DNA of 64,000 nt, from NCBI GenBank assembly GCA_026706845.1, contig JAPOXY010000024.1, positions 4,468 through 68,467 of the forward strand. Reading direction: 5' to 3'. This document shows, in pieces, positions 20,624 through 30,130 of this stretch. Both the position numbers and the translations under genes were made by a program. This DNA is from Gemmatimonadota bacterium (lineage in GTDB: Bacteria > Latescibacterota > UBA2968). Under the pieces are notes generated by a model. The model did no database searches. It saw only the letters and a program-made list of their open reading frames with translations, and was not told the origin of the DNA. Numbering within the stretch: the stretch's first letter is position 1; each line of letters begins with the position of its first letter.

Positions 20624-20965
20624 ATGTCTAAAAACACCGACAACAACGCGCTCCTGAAGGATGTTCGATTTCAAACCATGCGCGGGTCTGGACCCGGCGG
20701 ACAACACCGCAACAAAGTTGAAACCGCCGTACGCGCTATCCACATACCCACGGGTATAACAGTCATCGCCACAGAACACCGCTCACAGTACCGCAACAAA
20801 CAACTCGCCCTCGAGCGTTTGCAAAACCGCCTGAGCGAACGCAACAAAAAGCGCAAACCGCGCATCAAAACCCGCCCCAACCGATCTTCAATCGAAAACC
20901 GCCTCGAAAAAAAACGACAGCGTGGAGAAAAAAAACGACAGCGACAGCGCGTGGTCAACCGTTAG
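20624..20965 (+). CDS. GGQ-domain peptidyl-tRNA hydrolase (compact release-factor-like or ArfB-like protein)
   Basis: GSGPGGQHRNKVETAVR with an RF-type HIPTGI and SQYRNK, followed by a very basic C-terminal tail (KKRKPRIKTRPNR...KKRQRGEKKRQRQR). Confidence 0.75.
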   Translation: MSKNTDNNALLKDVRFQTMRGSGPGGQHRNKVETAVRAIHIPTGITVIATEHRSQYRNKQLALERLQNRLSERNKKRKPRIKTRPNRSSIENRLEKKRQRGEKKRQRQRVVNR

Positions 20966-21957
20966 CTCCCAAAATGATCATATCCCAACTGCTCCAATAG
21001 CACGCGCTTGCCATCCTCATCTTCTATCATCACACTGCCATCGCCAGCCACGACCTCGCCAATGCGACAAATCGAATACTGCTCTGACAGTGCTTCGACC
21101 TTATCGACCTGTATGTGAGACACAGAAAATAGCAACTCGAAATCTTCCCCTCCAGTGAGAGCAAGATCCAATTTTTTTTCACCACGTACTTCACAAAATT
21201 TTATAAACGCCCGCGACATGGGGATTGCCGCTGCCCGAATCACAGCCGACACGCCACTTTGCCGGCAAACATGACTCAAATCCGAAGCCAATCCATCCGA
21301 CACATCGATCATCGCTGTCACCGCACCTGTCTCCGCCAACGCCTGCCCCAAATCCAACCGCGGCTCAGGTCGATAATGCCTTTGTAACAACGCAGTTCGC
21401 ACCTCGCCCGGCAGATCGACATCACCCAATACCACCCCTAAACCACCCGCAGCATCGCCCAACGTTCCCGATACATAGACGGCATCACCCACCTGTGCGC
21501 CAGACCGATAACACACCTGATCTCGCGCCATCTCACCCGTAAGCGTCAAACTCAAAACCAGCGCACCAGACGTGGCCGTTGTATCACCCCCTACAACAGC
21601 CACATCAAACCGATCTGCACACGCAAAAAGCCCGTTGTAAATACGCTCCACATAACCCGCATCACAATCACCCGACGCGCTAACCGCCACAACCGCATCC
21701 ATCGGTCTCCCGCCCATAGCAGCCACATCGGACAAACTCGCAGCCAGTAATTTGTACCCCACGCCTTCTGGCGGTGCCTGCGGCACAAAGTGTACGCCCT
21801 CAACCATCGCATCAACCGTCACCAATCGCACGCGCTCCTGCCCCGCAGCCATAACCGCGCAATCATCTCCAATCCCACACAGAACCCGATTGCGCTGTGT
21901 TTGTGCGGCAATGCGATCAATAAAACCGAACTCCCCTATATCCTTAAAACGGTCCAT
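20962..21957 (-). CDS. thiL: Thiamine-monophosphate kinase
   Basis: GEFGFIDRI, GIGDDCAV and AIR-synthase-like repeats. The ATG at 21957 is preferred; the ORF-track extension to 22035 overlaps the upstream gene. Confidence 0.88.
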   Translation of the reverse strand: MDRFKDIGEFGFIDRIAAQTQRNRVLCGIGDDCAVMAAGQERVRLVTVDAMVEGVHFVPQAPPEGVGYKLLAASLSDVAAMGGRPMDAVVAVSASGDCDAGYVERIYNGLFACADRFDVAVVGGDTTATSGALVLSLTLTGEMARDQVCYRSGAQVGDAVYVSGTLGDAAGGLGVVLGDVDLPGEVRTALLQRHYRPEPRLDLGQALAETGAVTAMIDVSDGLASDLSHVCRQSGVSAVIRAAAIPMSRAFIKFCEVRGEKKLDLALTGGEDFELLFSVSHIQVDKVEALSEQYSICRIGEVVAGDGSVMIEDEDGKRVLLEQLGYDHFGS

Positions 21958-21958
21958 C

Positions 21959-22723
21959 TCACACTTCCTCCCTCGCCCATGCCACAACATCGCGATACGC
22001 CACATCGCCCCCAAAAATATCCAGCGCACTGCCAATAGTCAGATCTACCCGACCCTGGCCCAACGCATTGACGCGGTACAAATCCGATAGCTCTCGCACC
22101 CCGCCTGCATAAGTTACCGGCACGGGTGACCATCTGCCCAATATTTCCACCAGAGGTTCTTCTACACCTGCGCGTTTGCCCTCTACATCAACCCCGTGCA
22201 CCAAAAACTCAGCACAATAACCGGCCAAAGCAATCAAAGTCTCCTCGCCGACAGTCACATCCGTAAATCTTTGCCAGCGATCCGTTACAACAACATAATC
22301 ATCACCGCGCTTTCGACAACTCAAATCCAGAACCAGACGCTCTCTGCCCACAGCCCGTATCATCTCATCCAACCGACTCATATCAATTTGCCCATCGCGA
22401 AAAACATAAGACGTCACAATCACATGGCTTGCACCCGCGCGCAAAAATTTTTCCGCATTGTGCGGCGTGATACCCCCGCCCATGTGCAGACCCCCGGGAA
22501 ACGCTTCCAGAGCTTCCAACGCCGCCGCTTCATTGCCCGGGCCAAGCGCAATCACATGGCCGCCCCAAAATCCATCCTCGCGATACAGCCGTGCATAATC
22601 CGCAGGAGAGCGTTCGGTCTCAAAATTTGTCACCGTGTGCTGGGCATCCCCATCGCGCAACGTGCCCCCCACGATTTGTACAACCCGGCCATCTTTCAAA
22701 TCGATACACGGTCTAAATTTCAT
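21959..22723 (-). CDS. HisA-family ProFAR isomerase homolog (His6-like long form)
   Basis: MKFRPCIDLKDGRVVQIVGG N-terminus and a TIM-barrel phosphate-binding GGGI motif. 254 aa. Confidence 0.8.
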   Translation of the reverse strand: MKFRPCIDLKDGRVVQIVGGTLRDGDAQHTVTNFETERSPADYARLYREDGFWGGHVIALGPGNEAAALEALEAFPGGLHMGGGITPHNAEKFLRAGASHVIVTSYVFRDGQIDMSRLDEMIRAVGRERLVLDLSCRKRGDDYVVVTDRWQRFTDVTVGEETLIALAGYCAEFLVHGVDVEGKRAGVEEPLVEILGRWSPVPVTYAGGVRELSDLYRVNALGQGRVDLTIGSALDIFGGDVAYRDVVAWAREEV

Positions 22724-22822
22724 GTGATCTACCTGTTTATTTTAATAATGGGGGTTGCTAACATATCATATATTATTTTATTTTTGTATCAACAGCAACC
22801 GCAATCATCCCGAGGAGACCTC

Positions 22823-23941
22823 ATGCAAGACCCCCGCCTTGAAAAACTCGCCGATGTCCTAATTCGCCATTCCACAAAGTTACAAGCAGGTGAAACCGTC
22901 CTCATCCAGGGCTATGACATGCCCGAAGACATGATCATTGCACTCATTCGCAAAGTGCGCGAAGTTGGCGGCATTCCCCTAATATCCATAAAAAATAACC
23001 GCATCCAGCGCGAACTCATTCATGCAGGAGATGTCGCCACCATGCAACAAGCAGGCGATTGCGAAGCCTTCCGAATGAAGCGCGTACAGGCCTATATTGG
23101 TCTGCGCGGCAGCCGCAACATCTCAGAATTATCAGACGTATCCAGCACTGCGATGGATATATACGAAAAACACTGGCTCAAACCCGTGCATTTTGCTATC
23201 CGCGTGCCGCACACCAAATGGGTAGTCTTGCGATGGCCCACACCTTCTATGGCGCAACAGGCGCAACAAAGTACTGAAGCTTTTGAAGATTTTTACTTTG
23301 ACGTCTGCACGCTCGACTATGGTAAAATGGCCGAAGCGGTCGCACCCCTCAAAAAACGCATGGAACAAACCGACCGCGTGCGCATCACAGGCGTCGATAC
23401 CGATCTATCCTTTAGCATCAAAAACATACCAGTCAGACCCTGTACGGGACTTCGCAACATCCCCGATGGCGAGTGTTTCACCGCACCGGTTAAAGACTCC
23501 GTAAACGGTCACATCCATTTCAACGTCCCCACCATCTATCGCGGGACGACATTCTCAGATATCAAATTGACCTTTCAAGCGGGCAAAATCATCGACGCGA
23601 CCTCGAATAATACCGCCAAACTCAACGATATTCTCAACACCGATGACGGCGCGCGTTATATCGGCGAATTTGCCATCGCATTCAACCCCTACATCACATC
23701 GCCTATGCTCGATATTCTCTTCGACGAAAAAATATCGGGATCATTTCACTTTACACCCGGAAATGCCTATCCCGATGACGCCGACAACGGCAACCGATCT
23801 GCCGTACACTGGGACATGGTCTTCATCCAAACCCCCGAATACGGCGGTGGAGAAATCTACTTTGACGACGAATGCATTCGCAAAGACGGGCATTTTGTCG
23901 TAGAGGACCTCAAAGGTCTAAACCCCGAAAACCTCAGATAG
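22823..23941 (+). CDS. M29-family aminopeptidase (AmpS/PepS-like)
   Basis: KLADVLIRHSTKLQAGETVLIQG N-terminus and an FHFTPGNAY region. ATG at 22823 with a GAGGAG RBS. The ORF-track start at 22196 is antisense to the hisA-like gene. Confidence 0.88.
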   Translation: MQDPRLEKLADVLIRHSTKLQAGETVLIQGYDMPEDMIIALIRKVREVGGIPLISIKNNRIQRELIHAGDVATMQQAGDCEAFRMKRVQAYIGLRGSRNISELSDVSSTAMDIYEKHWLKPVHFAIRVPHTKWVVLRWPTPSMAQQAQQSTEAFEDFYFDVCTLDYGKMAEAVAPLKKRMEQTDRVRITGVDTDLSFSIKNIPVRPCTGLRNIPDGECFTAPVKDSVNGHIHFNVPTIYRGTTFSDIKLTFQAGKIIDATSNNTAKLNDILNTDDGARYIGEFAIAFNPYITSPMLDILFDEKISGSFHFTPGNAYPDDADNGNRSAVHWDMVFIQTPEYGGGEIYFDDECIRKDGHFVVEDLKGLNPENLR

Positions 23942-23956
23942 CTTTCACAACTGCCC

Positions 23957-26143
23957 ATGACAAAAACCGAACATCCCATGCAAACCCTGACCCTCTCCAT
24001 CAAAGGCATGAGTTGCGCCGCATGTGTGGCGCGGGTTGAAAATGCCCTCCAAACCATTCCCGACGTCGCAGATGCCCAGGTCAACTTTGCCACCCATCAG
24101 GCCACGGTTCATCACAAAGCCGTCCTGACAGATGTGCTCCTGAACGCCGTCTCCAATGCCGGTTACGAAGCCTCTCTTCATATTTCCGAAGACGCCGAAC
24201 AAATCGAACGCACAATCGAATATCGCAAGTTGCGTTACCTATTCACAGTCGCCGCAATCCTCTCCGCACTCATCATGGCAACCGGCATGACCCGCACCCT
24301 GTGGGGCGCGAACATCCCCCCCTATCACATTCACATATTGCTCTTTGCATTGGCCACACCGGTCCAATTCTTATGTGGCTGGCGTTTTCTCAAAGGGGCA
24401 TGGGCTGCACTGCGCCATCGCACAGCCGACATGAACAGCCTGATAGCTGCGGGAACCCTCGCCGCTTATTTTTACAGCACCGCGGTAACCTTTGCCCCAC
24501 TCGGCACACAGAACATACAGACCTACTTCGACACCTCCGCCATGATCATTACACTCGTCCTGCTCGGTCGTCTGCTCGAAACGCGCGCCAGGGGCCAAAC
24601 ATCGTCCGCCATCCGAAAACTCCTCGACCTGCGCCCCAAAACCGCCCACATCGTTCGCAACGGTCGGGATGTTGAAACACCCGTTGAACACATCCAGGTC
24701 GGCGATCACATTCGCGTTCGGCCCGGGGAAAACATCCCGGTCGATGGCCTCATACAAAATGGACAATCCACAATTGACGAATCCATGCTCACGGGTGAAT
24801 CCCTACCCGTTGACAAACAACAAGGCGACAAAGTCACAGGCGGCACGCGTAACACAACCGGTAGTTTTATCTTCCAGGCAACACAAATCGGTGCCGATAC
24901 AGTCTTGTCTCAAATCATCGACCTCGTGCGCCAGGCACAGGGGTCCAGAGCACCCATACAAAACCTCGCTGACCAGGTTGCTCGCATCTTTGTCCCAATA
25001 ATCTTCGCCATCGCCCTGCTGACCTGTGCCCTATGGTGGATTTCTGGCTCTGGGATCGAAACCGCCCTCATCAATGCCGTGGTCGTCCTCATCATCGCCT
25101 GCCCTTGCGCAATGGGATTGGCCACCCCCACTGCCATCGCAGTCGGCACAGGGCGGGGCGCGCAACTCGGCATCCTCATAAAAGGAGGCGATGTGCTCGA
25201 AAATGCACACCGCCTCAATACCATTGTCCTGGACAAAACAGGCACGCTAACAGAGGGCAAACCCACTGTCACCGATATTATCCCCACAGAAAATTACCAC
25301 CGCGATCACATACTCAAACTCGCAGCCTCTGCAGAAAAAGGATCGGAACACCCCCTCGGAGAAGCCATTGTTCGCGCCGCACAAGAAGCCAACCTCTCCC
25401 TGCATCCAACCACAGATTTTGAAGCCATGCCCGGCGTTGGCATTACCGCTACAATTGACGGACAGCGCGTCGCGCTCGGCAATCCACGCGCCATATCTGA
25501 CCGCGCAAAATATCCAGTCGAAAAACTCGAAGCCGAGGGCAAAACCGCCGTATTCGTCACCATCAATGATCAACTCGCGGGCCTCATCGCCATTTCAGAC
25601 AACCTGAAAGCCGACGCCGCGCAAGCAGTTCAAGACCTCCAGCACCTGAGCCTTGAAGTCTCCCTCGTGACAGGTGACAATGCGCGCACGGCCAAAGCCA
25701 TTGGACAACAACTCAACATCGATCAGGTCTTTGCAGAAGTGCTGCCCCAGGACAAAGCTCACAAAATCGCGCAACTCCAGAAAAAAAATATAAACGTGGG
25801 CATGGTTGGCGATGGCATCAACGACGCACCCGCACTCGCCCAAGCCAACGTCGGCATCGCCCTGAGTTCGGGCACAGACATTGCCATAGAAAGCGCGGGC
25901 ATGATCCTCATGTCGGGCAACCTGTCGGCCATAGCCACATCTATCCGGCTATCGCGGCAAACCATGCGCATCATTCGCCAAAATCTCTTCTGGGCATTTG
26001 CCTACAACACCCTGCTCATTCCCGTTGCTGCCCTGGGTCTGCTCAATCCCCTGGGCGGTCCCATGCTCGCCGCGGCTGCTATGGCCCTCTCTTCTGTCTC
26101 TGTTGTCACCAATGCCCTGCGCTTAAAGCGATTTTGCCCGTAA
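23957..26143 (+). CDS. copA: Copper-translocating P1B-type ATPase
   Basis: N-terminal HMA domain ([12 protein letters not shown]), CPC membrane motif ([13 protein letters not shown]), DKTGTLT phosphorylation site and GDGINDAP hinge. Confidence 0.95.
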   Translation: MTKTEHPMQTLTLSIKGMSCAACVARVENALQTIPDVADAQVNFATHQATVHHKAVLTDVLLNAVSNAGYEASLHISEDAEQIERTIEYRKLRYLFTVAAILSALIMATGMTRTLWGANIPPYHIHILLFALATPVQFLCGWRFLKGAWAALRHRTADMNSLIAAGTLAAYFYSTAVTFAPLGTQNIQTYFDTSAMIITLVLLGRLLETRARGQTSSAIRKLLDLRPKTAHIVRNGRDVETPVEHIQVGDHIRVRPGENIPVDGLIQNGQSTIDESMLTGESLPVDKQQGDKVTGGTRNTTGSFIFQATQIGADTVLSQIIDLVRQAQGSRAPIQNLADQVARIFVPIIFAIALLTCALWWISGSGIETALINAVVVLIIACPCAMGLATPTAIAVGTGRGAQLGILIKGGDVLENAHRLNTIVLDKTGTLTEGKPTVTDIIPTENYHRDHILKLAASAEKGSEHPLGEAIVRAAQEANLSLHPTTDFEAMPGVGITATIDGQRVALGNPRAISDRAKYPVEKLEAEGKTAVFVTINDQLAGLIAISDNLKADAAQAVQDLQHLSLEVSLVTGDNARTAKAIGQQLNIDQVFAEVLPQDKAHKIAQLQKKNINVGMVGDGINDAPALAQANVGIALSSGTDIAIESAGMILMSGNLSAIATSIRLSRQTMRIIRQNLFWAFAYNTLLIPVAALGLLNPLGGPMLAAAAMALSSVSVVTNALRLKRFCP

Positions 26144-26149
26144 CCGCTT

Positions 26150-27604
26150 CTAATACCTCTTCGCGTAATTTAATATCCCGCGAAAAATGCGATCCGCATC
26201 GGAGTCGCGTATCTTGTGAGACCGCAACGCCCAGGCTTCGCCTTTATGGTGTACATTGCGTATTTCCACCAGAATTTCTGCCTGCGCCAGATTGCCCCGC
26301 AACACCGCCAGATTGCGCCCCCCAATTTGAGCGGGCACATCTGGCAGATCGAGTGCCCTTTCCATAATCCGCGCAAATGACCGGGACCGAGAATCGATCT
26401 TTCCGCGCCTGCTCCAATAAATAACCAGCGGACCCTTTGGGCGATTGGGCGTGTTGTCCGCATGCAACGATATAAACAGAGTCTTCCCACGCCTTGCGAA
26501 GAAACGGTTGGCTATTTTTACTCTTTGTACAATATTGTCAAGCCCCGGACGCACTGAAAAACTATTTCTCCTGTTGGCACTTGCGTCGTTATAGACTTCG
26601 TTTTGTTCGTGTACAAACGTCCTCGCAGGCGGATTATTTTCCCGAATGAGATGATTTGGACTAATCACCGTCATCTCCACCTCGGCACCTGCAAGCCTCA
26701 GTTTTTGGTACAAACGCAACGCGATATCGTAAACAAATTCGTCTTCAACCACATAAACCGAACGATTATTGCCATCTAAACTGGAAACAATAGCACCCGG
26801 GTCGCGTCCACCGTGCCCCGGGTCGAGCACAATGCGCCAGCCTTTTAATGATCTGCTATCTCGACGCATATCAGAACTAATATTTGCATTGAACACACCC
26901 ATCAAATTTCGGGCACTCCTATAATCTTCAATCGGCTTTTTGGGGGGCACTTCCCGATATCCCCGACTGCGTTGCACAGCGGCTTTGGGACGAGAAAAAT
27001 AATATGGACCATTATCCATCGTGATCTTTTTTAACCGAGTCCGTATCTTTAACCTCTGGCCCACATAAATGCGATCCGACCGGATGCCATTGCTCCGCTT
27101 GAGCTCGGTCAGACCCAGGGAATATTGTGCGGCAATTTTAGAAAGCGTATCCCCCCTCCTCACCACATAGTCCATTTCTACGTAGCCAGAAGATGGACGG
27201 GAGCGAGACGATTGAACAGTATAAGAACGCGTGCGAAGCCTTTGTCCGGGATAAATATTATTCGACCTCAACCCATTGATCCGCTTCAGTTCGGACACAC
27301 TCATAGAAAACCGCGCGGCGATTTTAGAAAGTGAATCTCCCCTCCTCACCACGTATTCTACCCCACTGGAGGAGCGCGTGGGAAGCCTTTGTGAGCGAAT
27401 GAGCAGTCTTTGTCCCGGGTAAATGTGATGCGACTTTAACCCATTGCTCCGCTTGAGTTCGGACACACTCATGGAAAACTGATCGGCAATTTCCCACAGA
27501 GAATCCCCTCTTTGCACCACATAAGTCTCTGTTAAAGCAGGCGCATGTGCCGCACACGACAAAAGGAAGCTGGCCAATAAAAACACTCGGATATATCGAA
27601 GCAT
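26150..27604 (-). CDS. N-acetylmuramoyl-L-alanine amidase with three LysM domains
   Basis: Three LysM repeats (YVVQRGDSLWEIADQF..., YVVRRGDSLSKIAARF..., YVVRRGDTLSKIAAQY...) followed by an Amidase_3 domain (LDPGHGGRDPGA, ISLHAD). Confidence 0.9.
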   Translation of the reverse strand: MLRYIRVFLLASFLLSCAAHAPALTETYVVQRGDSLWEIADQFSMSVSELKRSNGLKSHHIYPGQRLLIRSQRLPTRSSSGVEYVVRRGDSLSKIAARFSMSVSELKRINGLRSNNIYPGQRLRTRSYTVQSSRSRPSSGYVEMDYVVRRGDTLSKIAAQYSLGLTELKRSNGIRSDRIYVGQRLKIRTRLKKITMDNGPYYFSRPKAAVQRSRGYREVPPKKPIEDYRSARNLMGVFNANISSDMRRDSRSLKGWRIVLDPGHGGRDPGAIVSSLDGNNRSVYVVEDEFVYDIALRLYQKLRLAGAEVEMTVISPNHLIRENNPPARTFVHEQNEVYNDASANRRNSFSVRPGLDNIVQRVKIANRFFARRGKTLFISLHADNTPNRPKGPLVIYWSRRGKIDSRSRSFARIMERALDLPDVPAQIGGRNLAVLRGNLAQAEILVEIRNVHHKGEAWALRSHKIRDSDADRIFRGILNYAKRY

Positions 27605-27746
27605 AAAAAATTCAGTATATAAAGTGAAAGGTTATGGCATTTGAGACCGACTTGCGAAAAACCGATAGATAATAGACCTTTTAGAAAAAAAAGACAAGGT
27701 ATGACTCTCTAAAAATGGTAAATTTGGTCTCTTTCGCCAGAACACA

Positions 27747-27761
27747 TGGTAATTTTTACCA
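27747..27761 (+). promoter_or_regulatory. Candidate enhancer (UAS) palindrome TGGTAA-N3-TTACCA
   Basis: A perfect 6-3-6 inverted repeat about 90 bp upstream of the sigma-54 -24 element. A further TGGTAA half-site lies at 27716-27721. Confidence 0.3.
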
Positions 27762-27836
27762 ACTCTATCGACCCATCCCATTTCCCAAAAATATCTATGT
27801 ATATAAAAAACAACATTTAATACCGTATCACACCCC

Positions 27837-27852
27837 TGGCATAGACTTTGCA
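27837..27852 (+). promoter_or_regulatory. Sigma-54 (-24/-12) promoter upstream of pspA
   Basis: TGGCAT-AGACT-TTGCA matches the consensus TGGCAC-N5-TTGCA with correct GG/GC spacing. It lies about 70 nt upstream of the pspA ATG. Confidence 0.6.
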
Positions 27853-27920
27853 TAAAAAGAATGCGACAACAAAAAACATCAGAATCTCATAAATGCAGCA
27901 CCTTGTGAAAGGAGAAGATC

Positions 27921-28598
27921 ATGGCACGCGGAATTTTTTACAGAATGGCCGACATCGTCAAAGCCAACGTCAACGACCTGATTACCCGCGCAGAAGACCC
28001 GGAAAAAATGATCCGCCAGATGATTCTGGAAATGGAAGAAGCCGTCAACAAAGCCACAGCCTCAGTCGGCACGGCTGTAGCCAATGAAAAACGTCTGGAA
28101 AGACAATATCTCGAAAAACAAGATCAGATCGAAGCATGGCAAAAAAAAGCCGAAATGGCCGTTGAGGCTGGCGAAGACGACCTTGCTCGCCGCGCCCTCG
28201 AGCGCAAAGCTGCAAATCAGGAAGCCACGCACGACCTTGAAGTAGCCCTCGAAGAAAGCCGTAAAACCTCATCCCAACTCAAACAGCAACTCACCCAACT
28301 CAAAGCCAAACTCGACGAAGCCCGCACCCGCCAGGGCACCCTGATTGCCCGACGTCGTGCGGCCGAAGCCCGCAAGCAAATCGCCAGAGGCCTCTCAGGA
28401 GTGGGAGAAGACGCTTTTTCGAGCTTTGAGCGATTCCGCCAGCGCATCGAAACAGAAGAAGCAGAAGCAGAAGCCCATCAAGAGATGGCGAGTGTCGATC
28501 CCTCTCTGGAAGAAGAATTTTCCAAACTCGAGCGCAAAAGCACAGTAGAAGACGAACTCAATGCGCTGAAAAAGAAAATGGGCCAAAAAGATGCGTGA
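27921..28598 (+). CDS. pspA: Phage shock protein A (PspA/IM30 family)
   Basis: MARGIFYRMADIVKANVNDLITRAEDPEKMIRQMILEMEE closely parallels the E. coli PspA N-terminus. The rest is long coiled coil. Confidence 0.92.
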   Translation: MARGIFYRMADIVKANVNDLITRAEDPEKMIRQMILEMEEAVNKATASVGTAVANEKRLERQYLEKQDQIEAWQKKAEMAVEAGEDDLARRALERKAANQEATHDLEVALEESRKTSSQLKQQLTQLKAKLDEARTRQGTLIARRRAAEARKQIARGLSGVGEDAFSSFERFRQRIETEEAEAEAHQEMASVDPSLEEEFSKLERKSTVEDELNALKKKMGQKDA

Positions 28599-29262
28599 CC
28601 TGGAAAAACTCGCCGATGAAATCGCCAGCAAAATTGACCGCGCGGTCAACGATGCGGAGCGAAAAATAAAAAAGAAATGGAAGGGAAATTGGGAGGCGCG
28701 CGTTCACAGCGCGAGCAGTGATTTCCAAACCGCAACCAATTCATTCAAGCGCGTACCCGACCGCCTCGCTGACCTCGCCACCGATGGGAGTTGTGCCATG
28801 CGTTACCTCTTCGCTTATGGTTTAATAGGAATGGCTATACTCATGGGATTTAGCGGCCTCCTGCTCGTACTCATTACACTGGTAGAACATCCCCCCTGGG
28901 TCGATGGCACCAACCCATTCAGGCACGAAGAACTCAGTGCTGGCCTCTGTATAATCGTTTTCTCTCAAATTATATGGTGGGCAGGTCGCCGGGTCAAAAG
29001 ATCGGGAGACAAAAAAGCACATGCCAAAAACCAGCACCGCATACTCCGTCTCGCCCGGGAAAAAGGGGGCAACCTCACCGTAACAGAAGCCGCTATGGAC
29101 ACCAGAATAACAGTTGAAAAAACTGAAGAAATCCTGCGAGAATTAACCATAAGTGGTCATGTAGAAATGCGAATCTCAGATTCGGGACTGGTCGTTTACC
29201 ACTTTCCGGAAATCGAACGCTGGGATGAAAAATACCGCGCAAGACCCGTGGATGAACTCTAA
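28591..29262 (+). CDS. PspA-coupled membrane protein with a C-terminal winged-helix-like domain (unknown family)
   Basis: 8-nt overlap with the pspA stop. Helical N-terminus, two TM segments (LFAYGLIGMAILMGFSGLLLVLITL, AGLCIIVFSQIIWWAG) and a soluble C-terminal domain of about 70 aa. Confidence 0.55.
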   Translation: MRDLEKLADEIASKIDRAVNDAERKIKKKWKGNWEARVHSASSDFQTATNSFKRVPDRLADLATDGSCAMRYLFAYGLIGMAILMGFSGLLLVLITLVEHPPWVDGTNPFRHEELSAGLCIIVFSQIIWWAGRRVKRSGDKKAHAKNQHRILRLAREKGGNLTVTEAAMDTRITVEKTEEILRELTISGHVEMRISDSGLVVYHFPEIERWDEKYRARPVDEL

Positions 29263-29283
29263 TGAGTGTGGGAGGGCAAAATA

Positions 29284-29481
29284 ATGTTTGAAATAGGCAT
29301 AATGGTAGCGATAATCATTCTCGCATCAGCGGCATACAAATACGTTGAACAACGCACAAAAGGATCCGTCCCCAGCGATGCGGAAGAACGGATCAACGCC
29401 AGAATGGACGAACTCGACCGCAGGCTCACAGACATTCAGGACGTCATGATCACCATTGACGAAAAACTCAGCAGAAAATAA
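29284..29481 (+). CDS. PspB-like small membrane protein, paralog 1
   Basis: One N-terminal TM segment plus a C-terminal helix (ARMDELDRRLTDIQDVMITIDEKL), the same architecture as E. coli PspB. GGGAGGG RBS 7 nt upstream of the ATG at 29284. Confidence 0.55.
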   Translation: MFEIGIMVAIIILASAAYKYVEQRTKGSVPSDAEERINARMDELDRRLTDIQDVMITIDEKLSRK

Positions 29482-29492
29482 GGGAGGGCACC

Positions 29493-29714
29493 ATGATTGA
29501 TTTCTTTGTTGGCATATCAATGATCATCATTGTAGGAGCCATTGTATCAGCAGCACACAAATTCATCGATCGCCGCACAAAAAGCTCCATTCCCAGCGAT
29601 GCGGAAAAACGCTTGAATGAGCGAATGGACAAACTCGACCGCAGACTCACGGACATTCAAGACGTCATGATCACCATTGACGAAAAATTCGACCGATCGC
29701 CCATTTCTCGCTAA
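29493..29714 (+). CDS. PspB-like small membrane protein, paralog 2
   Basis: Nearly identical C-terminal half to paralog 1 (SDAEKRLNERMDKLDRRLTDIQDVMITIDEKF). GGGAGGGCACC-ATG RBS context. Confidence 0.55.
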   Translation: MIDFFVGISMIIIVGAIVSAAHKFIDRRTKSSIPSDAEKRLNERMDKLDRRLTDIQDVMITIDEKFDRSPISR

Positions 29715-29739
29715 CTTAAACGAACAGGGAGGGCACACC

Positions 29740-30099
29740 ATGCGCATCTTTCTCTCACTCACGGTTGGTATCAGTCTGATTATTCTTGCAGGCGGTACAA
29801 TTGCCTATATCGAAAATCCAACATTTGGAGGTAGTCTCATCCTGGCGGCGGCCTGGGTCGCCATGGCTATCATTACCATTGTCGCCCTCGTATTCGCATT
29901 TGAGTCAGAAAACAAAAAAAGAAACAAATCGACAAAAAACAACAACCTGTCTGAAAAACTTTCAAAACGCGTGAAAGAACTCGAAAAACACCTCATCGAC
30001 CTTCAAGACATCGTCATCACCAACGACGACAAACTCGAGCGTCTCGAAGGCCGCTCACCCGTCAAGTCATCTTCATCTCCGCAGACCATCTCGGATTGA
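29740..30099 (+). CDS. PspB-like membrane protein, paralog 3 (two TM segments, diverged)
   Basis: Same C-terminal helix pattern (RVKELEKHLIDLQDIVITNDDKLERL). The same GGGAGGGCACACC-ATG RBS context supports the ATG at 29740 rather than the ORF-track start at 29677. Confidence 0.5.
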   Translation: MRIFLSLTVGISLIILAGGTIAYIENPTFGGSLILAAAWVAMAIITIVALVFAFESENKKRNKSTKNNNLSEKLSKRVKELEKHLIDLQDIVITNDDKLERLEGRSPVKSSSSPQTISD

Positions 30100-30130
30100 C
30101 GGACAACCTCACAAATAAAAAGGACATCCC

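Noticed and set aside
22196-22822. N-terminal 209-aa extension of the M29 aminopeptidase ORF
   Set aside because: It is entirely antisense to the hisA-like gene and the sequence is low-complexity. The ATG at 22823 has a GAGGAG RBS and starts the conserved aminopeptidase N-terminus.
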